Source of the DNA: Botryllus schlosseri
Lineage: Eukaryota
Reading direction: 5' to 3'
NCBI GenBank assembly: GCA_051294905.1
Contig: CM119371.1
Span: 13,580,001-13,644,000, forward strand
Length of the DNA: 64,000 nucleotides
The notes below the pieces were generated by a model. It had not been told where the DNA came from, searched no databases, and saw nothing but the letters and a program-made list of their open reading frames with translations. Shown here one piece after another: positions 12,675-23,854 of this stretch (its first letter is position 1; every line of letters begins with the position of its first letter). Position numbers and translations under genes: made by a program.

Positions 12675-12982
12675 ACGACTTGGCATCCAAAGCCGCATAT
12701 CTCCTCCAAAGTTTCAAGGACCAATTAAAGGAAGTTCTACCTCCAGCTGAAAAACTGGATCTTTTGACGTCCCTGCAAGAGGCTGACGATTTTGATGTTA
12801 TGAAAGATTATGCGACAGATCTCGACCTATCGCACAAGGCCATTACATCCGCCTCAATGAGCATGTTATGTTCGTTGATTGGAAGATGCAGTACCATGAA
12901 ATCACTTACTCTCCGTAATTGCGGTATCGACAAGGATCTATTACTCGTTCTGGCCAATAGAACAGGGGATCTGCATATTAAG
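12675..12982 (+). CDS. NLR-like/LRR gene, first exon visible in the window (post-NACHT helical segment plus first LRRs)
   Basis: acag| acceptor (phase 1) and AAG|gtaacg donor (phase 0). Encodes ...AEKLDLLTSLQEADD...TDLDLSHKAITSASMSMLCSLIGRCSTMKSLTLRNCGIDKDLLLVL..., an RI-like LRR preceded by an LxLLxxLxE motif like that after the NACHT domain of NLRs. No NACHT domain is present in the window. Confidence 0.75.
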
Positions 12983-12994
12983 GTAACGTTATAC

Positions 12995-13100
12995 TAGGGT
13001 TGCCATACGTCCGGATTTTCCCAGACAAGTCCGGAATTTCACTGGTCAAACTGCATCCGGGGGGTAATTTCAAAATACGCCTAGTCCGGAATTTTGAAAG
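12995..13100. mobile_element. Left end of a TAGGGTTGCCATACGTCC hAT-like element
   Basis: tagggttgccatacgtccgg with tccgg subterminal repeats. A matching right-end type is seen at 44596-44693, but without a shared TSD. Confidence 0.6.
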
Positions 13101-13386
13101 CATTAATTAGGATGAAATTTGTTTTCGTAAATCAACTTAACCAATATTATTTTTAAGAAGATTTATGATACTTGGAAATTTATTCGCGCGTTGTTTCAAG
13201 TTTAATATAGAACCGCCGCCCTCACAACGAATGCAACAAAAAAAAAACATTATATACTGAAATAAGTCTAATTGTAATCGAATTTTAAGAGAACGGTGTA
13301 TTCATAGATTCGGTTAAGGCCGTTTGAATGATTTGGTCAAAAACAGTGGTTCATACATGAGTGCCGAACCTCGGTATGCTAAATAT

Positions 13387-14385
13387 TAGGGATGGTGTGA
13401 ACCTCTGAAAGGTTCAGGTTCGTGTGAACGCGAACCTTTTTGAAAGGTTCTGTGTGAACACGAACGTGAACCTCGTGACGTCACGTGACGTCATATTGCT
13501 AATTCCAACCCTATCTTCCAATGAAGTGATAGCCTATATTAATGTACACGATATCTAGCGAAGACTGGTCCACATAATGTCACAATGCTGAAGTACAAAT
13601 CGGCGTTTTAAACGTCGCTAAATGTATCAACAGCGGTAATCAAAGGATATAATAATTGCGTAAAATCAATACATTCCGTCGATTTGCCAACAATTTCGAC
13701 GAGGACTTACCAAGGAATATAAGCTTACGCCTTAACGGTCTTAGCCAGACCAGACAATGTGTTCGGAGTCTGAGTATTGCTACATTGATATGGAGCAGAG
13801 TGTACAACGGGTTTCAATACTCGCTACCGATACCACAAACAACAACAAGTTATGCAGCAGTAGCAAGCACCTTAATCGCACGGATTTGGTTTTAATGATA
13901 CAGTAAAGATATGAAGTCAAGATTGACCCCGTACGCCCGTTCGATTTTTTACATCAGAAGACGATATCAATGTCATTGATTGGTTGAATAAGCATCATTC
14001 GCTGACTACGTATATCGCTCGTGATGTTGTGTGATTGCGGGTCAAGCTCACAGCAGATAGTCACTAAATATTCACAAACGGAAAGCTGGTTATTCCGAGA
14101 AAATTTTTGCAACAAAGCAACAAAAACTTTTAAGGTTGTCGAGGTGCATGGTGCATGCTCGTTAAGCGTTGATTTTTTATGCTGCCGCAGCACCATGCAT
14201 GGAGTGGCCCGCAGTTGAAATGCAATAAATTTGAGCCAAAGATCTTATAATGGAGTGAAAATTACAATTTACCAAAAGGTTCACAGTGCAGAACCTACCA
14301 AGGTTCTGTTGTGAACACGAACCTCTAAATTTCCGAGGTTCACACACAGAACGCGAACGTGAACCTCACGTTCACACCATCCCTA
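13387..14385. mobile_element. hAT-like MITE, GTGAAC family, copy 1
   Basis: TIR tagggatggtgtgaac / gttcacaccatcccta. TSD ctaaatat at 13379-13386 and 14386-14393. Confidence 0.95.
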
Positions 14386-15340
14386 CTAAATATGCCTGTG
14401 AATATTGTGGGTATTCGGCATACCCGCAATTTCATCATCAGCACAACCTTGTTGGTCAATTGTGCGGTTGGAGAGGGGATAAAAACCTGATTTCGTTGCA
14501 CATGTAGATATGACGAGCACGAGCCGAGAAATTCCATCTCATCGTTGCTATGAATCGGATCAGCACATACTCGTTCTTTCGTGATCGTTTTTTAATCAGG
14601 TCGCGAAATTGGACAGTGTTATTGTGTATGCAATTATGCATGCGAATTGGAATTCATTCCTGCGCATGATCGTCATTCACTTCAGTGAGGATTTTCGAGC
14701 GTAAATAGGGGATGGCAGAAGAGTAGCCCAAAACGCCGTTACACTCAGCAAAAAATTGTCGCGGTGCGAGCTACTCGATGTGATGAAAGGACCCCATGGT
14801 ATTTCATGTTGGAGACTATGAATTACTGATTTGATACGCGATTTCCAATTTGTAATCATCTGTTTCGTAAATTCATTCTGGATGTCTGCTTGATATTTAG
14901 TATTCCCGGATTATCGCGCACTGTGACTTGTAAGTGTGCATTGTGCAATGTGCATACTGCATAGTTTAATTCGTTATGGGCATGGCGCAGTGTTTAATTC
15001 GATTCGTTTAAGCGGGAAAATATTATATTGCGATAAACTTGATCGACACCGGATGGACTAGTAACGAGTGCGCCAATACCGAACGTCAAACCAGTGGCCA
15101 TTTCAACAATTTGATACAAATAGAATTTCTATTGATGAGGTCGTGATATCAGCCCATATTGCTCTTACTACAGTTACAGTTGAATAATACACAGCAATGG
15201 CATGGAGTAAAGTGCGTTCTAGTGCAACTAAGTTGTTATCGACAATTGACAAGTATTCATAATGACGTCACAAGCCGGCACGGCGGCACCTATGTCTTCG
15301 TTGCTGCATCCGATGTTACTATGTTACTGGCAGTTGGCAG

Positions 15341-15400
15341 ACTCTTGATTACTATAGATAACTCTTGATTACTATAGATAACTCTTGATTACTATAGATA
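15341..15400. repeat. Perfect 20-bp tandem triplication
   Basis: actcttgattactatagata x3. Confidence 0.95.
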
Positions 15401-15435
15401 ACTAACCTACTGGTAAATTAGTAATCTATATAGAT

Positions 15436-16117
15436 CAGGGGGCCAACCTTTTCGGCTAAAAGGCCACATGAAATCAACGAAAGAGTGCGCTGCCCACTCG
15501 CCGCGCCAGGCGCGTAAAAATTTCAAAGTATATATTATTATTACTTGGGTATATTGCGGGTCGACTGTATACCGCTTGCTGGGCTCAGTTTGCAAGGACA
15601 GGACTATTCGGCATCTGGACATATCGATATCGAAGATTTCCGCTAATATACGACAATAATTTTTTGCCTACATTTCATCGTCGACGATCTTTCTGCGAGG
15701 GCAAACGCGAAAATACTTTTCCTCGTAATTGCGAATCTAGTTAAACTCAATTTGCTGAATCAGGCGTTTTTTTTTTCATTTTCAGGAGGAGGTAGGCTAG
15801 GCTACAAAGAAAGAAATCGTGTGACAATTAAACACGTGAAGCGTGAAGAAAAATTTAACTACTCTTTTAGTTTATTGTAATGTAAGATGATTTACTAGAA
15901 ATGTGAATGGACCCCGGATCTGCCAAAGCGTCGCAACTGATATTTTAGTCATTAACATCCCAAGTGTCGCGGCCGGACAAATCATATTTTTGGTTGGCCT
16001 TGCAAGCTCACCGTCTGAGCAATTCAATTTCGATAATATAATAGAATTTCGATGATATAATGGGAAGTTAGCTCGCGGGCCACATATGGCCCGGAGGCCG
16101 CGGGTTACCCACCCCTG
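15436..16117. mobile_element. Non-autonomous hAT (Charlie/Buster-like) element
   Basis: cagggggccaacc...ggttacccacccctg termini with gcgggcc subterminal motifs. Degenerate TSD atatagat / aaatagac. Confidence 0.7.
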
Positions 16118-16146
16118 AAATAGACAGAAACCTTCGATAGTTTTCA

Positions 16147-16282
16147 GAGCCGGAGCCGGAGCTGGAGCCGGAGCAGTGATAATAATGCGGCGCCGGAGCT
16201 GGAGCCGGAGCTATTGTATGATAGAAGAAAGCTCCGGAGCCGGAGCTGGAGCAATGCAAATTTACGACTGCTCCAAAGCCCT
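16147..16282. repeat. (GGAGCC)n array, right end of another hAT-like element
   Basis: Repeated ggagcc/ggagct ending in ctccaaagccctg. Confidence 0.7.
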
Positions 16283-18515
16283 GCCCACAACAGGTCAACA
16301 CGATCGACTTGACATCTCAGACTTTGAATACGACAACGTAAAAGACTGCAATACCTTATCCACGGCGGATATCAGATTCAAGCTCTTGAACAATCGCTCA
16401 CTTACACTTATGCATTTCGATATTGTTTCACTTTCCAGCCATTATGATGACTTTAGTGACATCATCTTCCAGTTGGACTCAATCCGCAGTATCATTGGTA
16501 TCTCTGAAACCAGACTGCCAGAGTGTCCCCCAACCAATATAGACCTCGATGGGTACTCATTTTTTCCCTCCCCATCTCCCCCCAGAGCAGGGGGTGTAGC
16601 CTTATATATCAAAACCTATTTACGATCCTATATAGTGGATTCTTATAAGTTGAATATTCCTGGCACTGACCAAGTATGGGTCGAAATTGACTCTGCTATA
16701 ACCAGTGGCCACAGCATCATAGTAGCAGTAATCTATCGACATCCCAAGTCATCTAGAACAGACTTTGTCATGGCTCTTGATCAATCTATCAGGAAGTTAT
16801 GCGCTGATAAGAAAACATTTTTCATCCTTGGGGATATAAATATCAACATTCTATCCCAATCTGCTTTTGAAAAAGACTATTCATTCATGCTAAACTCGCT
16901 AGGCACTGTTCCTATTATTACGCAGCCCACTCGTGTGACACACCATTCTGCTACTCTTATAGATCATATTTACACTAATCTCGATTCATATACAATATTT
17001 CCTTATGTTATGGAAAATGACCTCACTGATCATTACCCACTTGTTGCTGAAGTTCTAGTTAAATCGCCTGCAACTAATGCCACCAAGGTGTATAGAAGAT
17101 TCCCAACACTTGAATCGCGAGACTCACTGTTGCACGATGCATTTGACAAATTTGATAATGATAACTTTACCCCCTCTCGAGACACAACTTCAATGAGCAT
17201 ATTGCATTTGATAAATGAGCACATTCCTCTTCAAAAATTGTCACGAAGGCAGCGAAAGCTGCAATTTAAACCATGGATTACTTATGGCATCGTACGCTCT
17301 ATTAAAAAGAGAAATCTCTTGCATAAAACATGGTCCCTGAGTGGAACTGAGGGTGATAGAAAAAACATCAGTCATATGCCAATAAATTGAATCACATCAA
17401 ATCAAAAGCAAAGGAGTCATATTATATGAATTGCTTCAGCAATCATTATGGAGATCAAAGGCAAACTTGGCGTTTGATCAAACAGTTAATTAATGTAAAA
17501 CGTACTAATACAAATTTTCCACTTAATATCATCAAAGACGATGGCACCAAGATTAGTGACCCTTGGAGTATCTCACAATCACTCAATGAACATTTTGTTT
17601 CCATATGTGACAAGTTGGCCTCTTCTTGTGCCAATTACACTGATATATCCCCAGTGGCTTACTGCAGGTCAAGCTTAGATTACTTTTTTATAACTGACAC
17701 AAGTGAGGAAGAGATCTATGAAATAGTTAGAGATATAAAAACGGGAAAGGCTGAGGGTCATGATAGAATTTCTACCGAATTACTAAAAACTCTCATTCCT
17801 GCAATTGGGCCCACATTAGCGTATTATTGCAACCAATGTGTAGAATTGGCCATTTTCCCAGCTGCTTTAAAAATAGCCAAAATTACTCCTGTTCACAAAT
17901 CCAGAGCTAAAACTGACATGAATAATTTCAGGCCTATCTCAGTCCTTCCGTGTATTGCTATTTTATTTGAGAAACTCATCTATAAAAGAATGGTGACATT
18001 CTTTGAACGAAATCCCCTGATATCGAGCAGCCAATTTGGCTTTCGACACAACACCAACACAAATCAAGCCATCACTGATCTCATTACTAAACTCTAGGCT
18101 CTAACGATGTCTGCTGCAGTATATTTTTAGATTTGAAAAAAGCTTTTGACACGGTCAACCATTCTTTATTGCTTGAAAAATTACAGCGTTACGGTATAAG
18201 AGGTAAATCTCTGGAACGATTTCGTTCCTATCTTTCAAACCGCTTACAGTACATTGACCATCACATGACGTCTTCCTTTCAATAATCGAGACCGGTGTTC
18301 CCCAAGGCTCAACTTTAGGTCCAATTCTTTTTATAATGTACATCAATGATCTGCCAAATGCATCAAAGTTCCACACGACTCTCTTTGCAGACGATACGTG
18401 CTTATTTTCCCGCGATTCTGACCTAGCTTCTCTCCAGCATACAGTCCACTCTGAAATGGAAAACATTATCACTTGGATGAATGTCAACAAACTAGTAATT
18501 AGGGATGGTGTGAAC

Positions 18516-20065
18516 CAGAGTTGGATCAATTACATTATTTCAGTTCAATTACAATTACAATTACAATTACTTTCATGAATGTTTCAATTACATTACAATT
18601 ACAATTACTCCATGCTAAAAATATCAAATTACAATTACAATTACAATTACTCCTTGCATGCTTCAATTACATTACAATTACAATTACAATTGCTGCTGTT
18701 GAACATGTAATTGAATAATCATAAATTCAACCGTGCTCCTTGACAACCGTAGCGTCGTATTTAGCAACAATTCAAGTCTAGTTCAGATTGTGTAGTAATA
18801 AATGCGTTTATGTGCGTACATAGTATGCTATGTAAGATGTCATTGTGACGTAATATAAGCGTGTTTTGTATGCTCGGTAATTATGGCTCACGTAATTGGA
18901 AATGTAAAATGTTATTTACCTAATTTTCTATGGGTTAGGATTAAGGATAGGGTGCAGTATGTCGTTGAAAAAGTATTATAATATATGCACGTGTTGGATT
19001 TGCGTATATAGCATATAATTAAAGAAATAATATTATTTTTATCGAGGGACGTAGGAATTAGGATGAGGGGTAAAAACAAAACCGTGCTTTGTCAGATAAG
19101 ACGTTGGTCTGGTTAGTTAGCCAGACGAAATAACGATGCAGCATCGTGATCTGAAATCGTATTGTGGATTGCCAACCCACGGATAGATGCGCAAAATGTG
19201 AGTCACGGATGAATGCACCGACAAACGTACCGCAGAGCCGGCTAGAAGCAGCAAACTTTGTAGTCCTAGAGCTGGCGATCCATGCGTCCAAATTTGATGC
19301 ATCTGGTCTTTATCGTAATCTATTGATGTACTAATTCCGAAAATACAAAATAAAATCTCGTCAGGGCAATGTAACTGCTCCAAAATAGCCGTTTAAGGCC
19401 GACTGTTCTGAAAAGTGAGAGCGCTGCAGCAGCATGACCACAACAATTACCAATTATGCCCAGCGATTGTTCAGAACAATGCCGATTCCCAGACTTTCAC
19501 GACTATTTTGGGATGGTGCCATTGCCTGGAAATATACTTTTATTGCGGAATCAGTGCGACACTGGCTTTCGATTAGGAACATACATATCAAATTTCGACG
19601 TTTGGATCGCCAGCTATGGTACTATCAATTCTGCTGCTTTTAGCCGGCTCAGCAGTTGGCTTTTCGGCGTATTCAATCGTGAGCCACGTGTTGCGAATCC
19701 ATCCGTTGGTTAGTAATCTAAGAATTGTATACAATGGCAGCCGAGGCCAGCATAGCGGTAAAAATAAAAAAAACTTCGCCCGAAAGGGCGCAGTCAAGGG
19801 CTTCCGCGAATGGATCCACCAAATTCCTTGTCGACATTTAAAGAGAATGCATTATAAGTCAATTATTTTATGTTGTGCTTGTCCGGTCTCAATAGCAATT
19901 TAATGTAATTGAAATTGTAATTGAGCAAATTTTTTGTCAAATTACAATTACAATTACAATTACACAAAATAAAAATGCTTCAATTACAATTACATTACAA
20001 TTACATTGAAAAATGTAATTACTTACATTCAATTACAATTACAAATTACAATTGATCCAACTCTG
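18516..20065. mobile_element. hAT-like element with (ATTACA)n arrays, nested at the left TIR of GTGAAC copy 2
   Basis: TIR cagagttggatcaatt / aattgatccaactctg. TSD gtgtgaac at 18508-18515 and 20066-20073. Confidence 0.95.
19170..19720. mobile_element. Long-TIR (foldback-type) MITE of the TATAGATAACTAACC family, nested
   Basis: aacccacggatagatgcgca...ctggcgatcca...aaatttgat (19174-19298) is inverted at about 19588-19710, ending ggttagtaatcta. Related to 46492-47074. Confidence 0.7.
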
Positions 20066-22293
20066 GTGTGAACCTCTGAAAGGTCCAGGTTCGTGTGAAC
20101 GCGAACCTTTTTGAAAGGTTCTGTGTAAACCCGAACTTGAACCTCATGACGTCACGTGACGTCATATTGCTACTTTCAACTCTACATTTCAGTGAAGTAA
20201 ATAGCCTATATTAATGAACAGTGTACAGTACATGATACCTAGCGACGACTCGCGCCACATAATGTCACAATGCTTAAGTACATATTGACGTTTTAAACGT
20301 CGCCAAATCATTGCTACGTTGATATCGATCAGAATGTAAAACGGGTTTTGTATTTGGTACCGACATCACCCCATTAACAAGTGATACAGCAGTAGCCAAC
20401 AACCCAACCGCACGGATTTTGTTTTTATGACGATTAACTTATGAAGTCAAGATTGACCCAGTACGCCTGCTAGATTTTTTACATCAGAAAACGATATCAA
20501 TTTCATCAATTGGCTGAATAAGCATCATTCGCTGACTACAGCAGTGAGTCACTAAATATTCACAAACGGAAAGCTGGATATTTCGTACAAATTTTTGTAA
20601 CAAAGCAAGTAAAATTTTTGAGATTGTCAAGGTGCATGCTCGTTGTTGTGGATTTTTTACGCTGCCAGGGCCATGCAATGAATGTCGTACAAAGATGTTA
20701 TAATGAAGTGAAAATTGTAATATATGAAATAGGTTCACAGTGCAGAACCTATTAAGGTTCGTTTGTGAACGTGAACCTCTCAATTTCTGAGGTTCACACA
20801 CAGAACGCGAGTGTGAGCCTCACGTTCATACCATCCCTACTAGTAATAAACCCTTCCAAAACTCAGCTGTTGATTAGCAACAATAAGGCCCCGCCCACAC
20901 ACACGCCCACTTTTGCAATAACTATGCATGGCGTCACTGTGAAACCAACCGCCACTGTGAAATATCTAGGGATACACATTGAAAATGATATGTCTTGGAG
21001 ATCCCATATCGAATTGTTAGTGTCGAAAGTTTCTCGTTCTTGTGGTGTGCTGTCACGGGTTTCTCGTTTACTTCCCAGATCAGTTCTAAGAACTCTATAC
21101 TTTTCCATAATTCATCCTCACCTGTTATATGCTATTATTTTTTGGGCACAACTTTCAAAACGTACTTGCATGCCTTATCAGTGCAACAAAATAGAGCCAT
21201 GCGCTCAATATGCCGTCTAGGGCCACGGGATAGTGTTCAGCAAGCATACAGATCCCTCAACATAATAACAGTTCCTAAAATGTGCTCTTTATAAATCGCA
21301 AAGTGGATGCATAGATACCATAATGACAATATTTCCGATGCATTGTTAGGCCTATTTCTTCTCCAAAAAGACGTCCATATTTATAATACCAGGTCTGCTT
21401 CTTCTAACAACTACTTTATCCCACGTGTGTCTTCAATGGCTCAAAGATCCATTGTCTTTTTAGGACCAAAACTATGGTGTGAGATTTCAACTGAATTAAA
21501 AAATATGTCATTTAACGAATTTAAATATCATTATAAAAAGCAGCTCTGGCAATCATAACCTGATCGCTATTGTTTAGTTTCTTCATTCTCATACCATTGA
21601 GAGTTTGGTACCGTTTGTACTGTTTACTTGTTATTTTACCAACTGTTTAGTTACTACTTGTTATTATATAGCTAGATTGACAGCATTGATATGCCCAATC
21701 ATTAATTATAGATATACATATTATATGGGTTATGTGTAATTGGTATTGCATGTTGGCCTATATATGACTGTCTGTTTAATGTATGAGGTGACCAGCTGAC
21801 TTGAAGACCGAATGGTCGTATCGCTGGCCACCATTTCATAGCATTACTTTCTTACACCTGGAAATAAACTTCTGTCTGTCTGTCTCTCTGTCCCCTGCAA
21901 TAGTGGCCGGATGAAATCGTCGGGCGCTTCACTACATTTTATACGTCAACATCCACAAACTAAGGAACTATTTCAGTAGTGACACAAGTTCAGTATTTGG
22001 GTATTCATTTTATCCGTTTGATATAGGCATCTGGTATCTGGTCGTGCCGGCGCGAACAATTGTTGAAGTTCACGAGTAAATTCCGTCAGAAGTATTGGTT
22101 CGTAGATATGTTCCTACTAAATTTTTATCATTTCTGTGTCACGTGATCATCAGAGTTAGCGGTAAAGTGGTGGTGGTGGTCATGACTTCGAAAATGCATG
22201 CACGTGATTGTACATCACTAAGTTTTGTTCATTTCACACGGATAAGACTATTTATGATCCTAAATGCCGGTCCGCACCAGTACGTTGCTTATC

Positions 22294-22477
22294 TAGTGGT
22301 TCCTAAACTTTTATGAAACCAACATGAAAATGTTTCGTGGTCCACCTCAAAATTTGGTTAGCTGATTACTAAGAAAGGTCAGCACCTTTTTGGACCTATT
22401 TTAAAGCCCATCACGTTCAACATTTTCCCGATCGCCAGAAAAAGGGCTGTAAACAATTACCAGGTTGAGAACCACTG
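22294..22477. mobile_element. Short hAT-like MITE
   Basis: tagtggttcctaaac...ggttgagaaccactg termini. Confidence 0.55.
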
Positions 22478-22813
22478 TCTTTTACTAACAGCGTACAAAA
22501 GGCCTCCGCTCTCTTATAATCAAACTTGCATCAGTGAATGATGGTTTTTTATATTTATTCTGATTGTATCTTTCGACGAGAGAGGATTATCCAAATCAAA
22601 ATCAATATATGTTACACTAAATCGCGTGGAGAGCGAAGAAAAATTTCACGTAGCGTAAATTTTCTCCAAGCATAAATTTTCCCAAAAATATGTTATTGCT
22701 TTCGCGCAACTTAGCAGCGAACCTTTAAATATTGATTGCCACGAAATATCGCTCCGTGCAATAGTTGCGTCTGTGTGAATATCGGATTAAATCTATTGAC
22801 ATCCCTTCTAAAG

Positions 22814-22930
22814 ATTGAGGAACTCGATCTCAGAGGTAACATATATTGGACTGATCTTGATGTTTGGAAACGTGGACTACGACATCTGGAGATCGCTACG
22901 TTGGTCATCGATGCCCCCTGCGACGAACAG
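22814..22930 (+). CDS. NLR-like/LRR gene exon (phase 0-0)
   Basis: aaag|ATT...CAG|gtatag, 117 nt. Encodes IEELDLRGNIYWTDLDVWKRGLRHLEIATLVIDAPCDEQ, a canonical LxxLxLxxN LRR. Confidence 0.8.
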
Positions 22931-22996
22931 GTATAGACGAGCCTTCCGAATAAATGCTCTGGTATTTCGTCTTTTTCACGATTTCAATATGTTTAG

Positions 22997-23143
22997 AACC
23001 AGACTACTGCCGAACATCTCCTCCGTGTGTTAGATGCATCAAAGCCTTCGGTTAGGCATTTCATCATTGACCAAATCAAGAGCATTCGATTGGATATCAA
23101 AGACGTTGAATCACTCAGCAAGTTTGATTTGAGTCAGACATGG
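22997..23143 (+). CDS. NLR-like/LRR gene exon (phase 0-0); alternative acceptor possible at 23003
   Basis: Follows a 66-nt intron. tttag|AACCAG...TGG|gtacgc, encoding NQTTAEHLLRVLDASKPSVRHFIIDQIKSIRLDIKDVESLSKFDLSQTW. Confidence 0.65.
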
Positions 23144-23619
23144 GTACGCTATAAAGCTCATTTATTAATAACACATAGCTCCTCATTAATGATCTTCAAT
23201 GATGCATCAATTCTAATTTATTAACCAGGATTGGTGCCTCTCACTTACATGTTACCTGGAAATCGCTTGATCAGCAAAATATATTCCAAAGCGCGTAATA
23301 TGCAGATTTAGCCGCAATTGGCTGTGAACGTGACATTTCTGGTACATAGTAACTGAAAAATGTCCCTATCGAAGATGAGTATAAACTTGATTCGGATTAC
23401 GTGAAAAAACGAAATCAATATGACTGAATTTGATTGCGATCTTAACCAGATAGAATATCATGAAAGAATTAGGACTTTGATCGAGATATTTTGGATTACT
23501 ACGAAAACACGACTAGGATACTATAGGAATTTCGTCTGCGATATACTAACAGAATATTCATTTCAGATATTATACTTTCGTCCGAATCATTCAAACAACT
23601 AAACTTAATCGTCTTTCAG

Positions 23620-23854
23620 ATCAACCATCTCTCGGTAAAACCTGACGTCTAGACATTTCATATTGACATTTGGCGAAAAGCATTTGATGATATTTCATTT
23701 AATGTGTCTCATTGCCTAGTCGAGCAGCCAAAACAACACGTAATATCAAAGAAATAGCATCGCAATGAGAAATATATAACCATTCACTTCCACATATACC
23801 AAAATGGGAAGATCGATGTGAAAAGTTGGACCGATGCAGCAAAAGCTACTAATG
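23620..23854 (+). pseudogene. Dead paralogous exon (homologous to exon 35640-35972)
   Basis: tttcag| acceptor, then INHLSVKPDV*TFHIDIWRKAFDDISFNVSHCLVEQPKQHVISKK*HRNEKYITIHFHIYQNGKIDVKSWTDAAKATN. In-frame TAGs at 23650 and 23755; truncated by a hAT terminus at 23855. Confidence 0.7.

Larger units (their letters stand above)
18500..20839. mobile_element. hAT-like MITE, GTGAAC family, copy 2 (inserted in the LINE RT)
   Basis: Same TIRs as copy 1. TSD ctagtaat at 18492-18499 and 20840-20847. Confidence 0.95.
16290..21891 (+). mobile_element. CR1-group (Crack/L2-like) LINE, ORF2 region, disrupted
   Basis: APE motifs (GISET, GGVALY, IYRHP, GDININ, LIDHI, TDHYP) in 16176..17390. RT motifs (NFRPIS, QFGFR, LDLKKAFDTV, GVPQGSTLGP, FADDT) at about 17920-18400. 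Continues after the insertion at 20840 (KYLG, H.YNTR). 3' end GAAATAAA + (TCTG)n at 21861-21891. Frameshifts and stops present. Confidence 0.9.

Noticed and set aside
16176..16290. N-terminus of the 404-aa ORF as a real extension of the LINE endonuclease
   Set aside because: It is translated (GGAGCC)n MITE sequence fortuitously in frame with the LINE.
18521..18718. Low-complexity ORFs (ITITIT/QLQLQL; also TPTPTP at 11617 and SSQV at 40992)
   Set aside because: These are translations of MITE subterminal repeat arrays.
23229..23342. Additional small exon (accag...gtacat)
   Set aside because: The phase-0 reading hits TGA after 13 codons and the donor phase does not fit. At best it is an unrecognisable relic.
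23650..23757. TAG read-through or recoding in the 23620 exon
   Set aside because: The exon is also truncated by a transposon and lacks a donor, and TAG acts as a normal stop elsewhere, so decay is more parsimonious.
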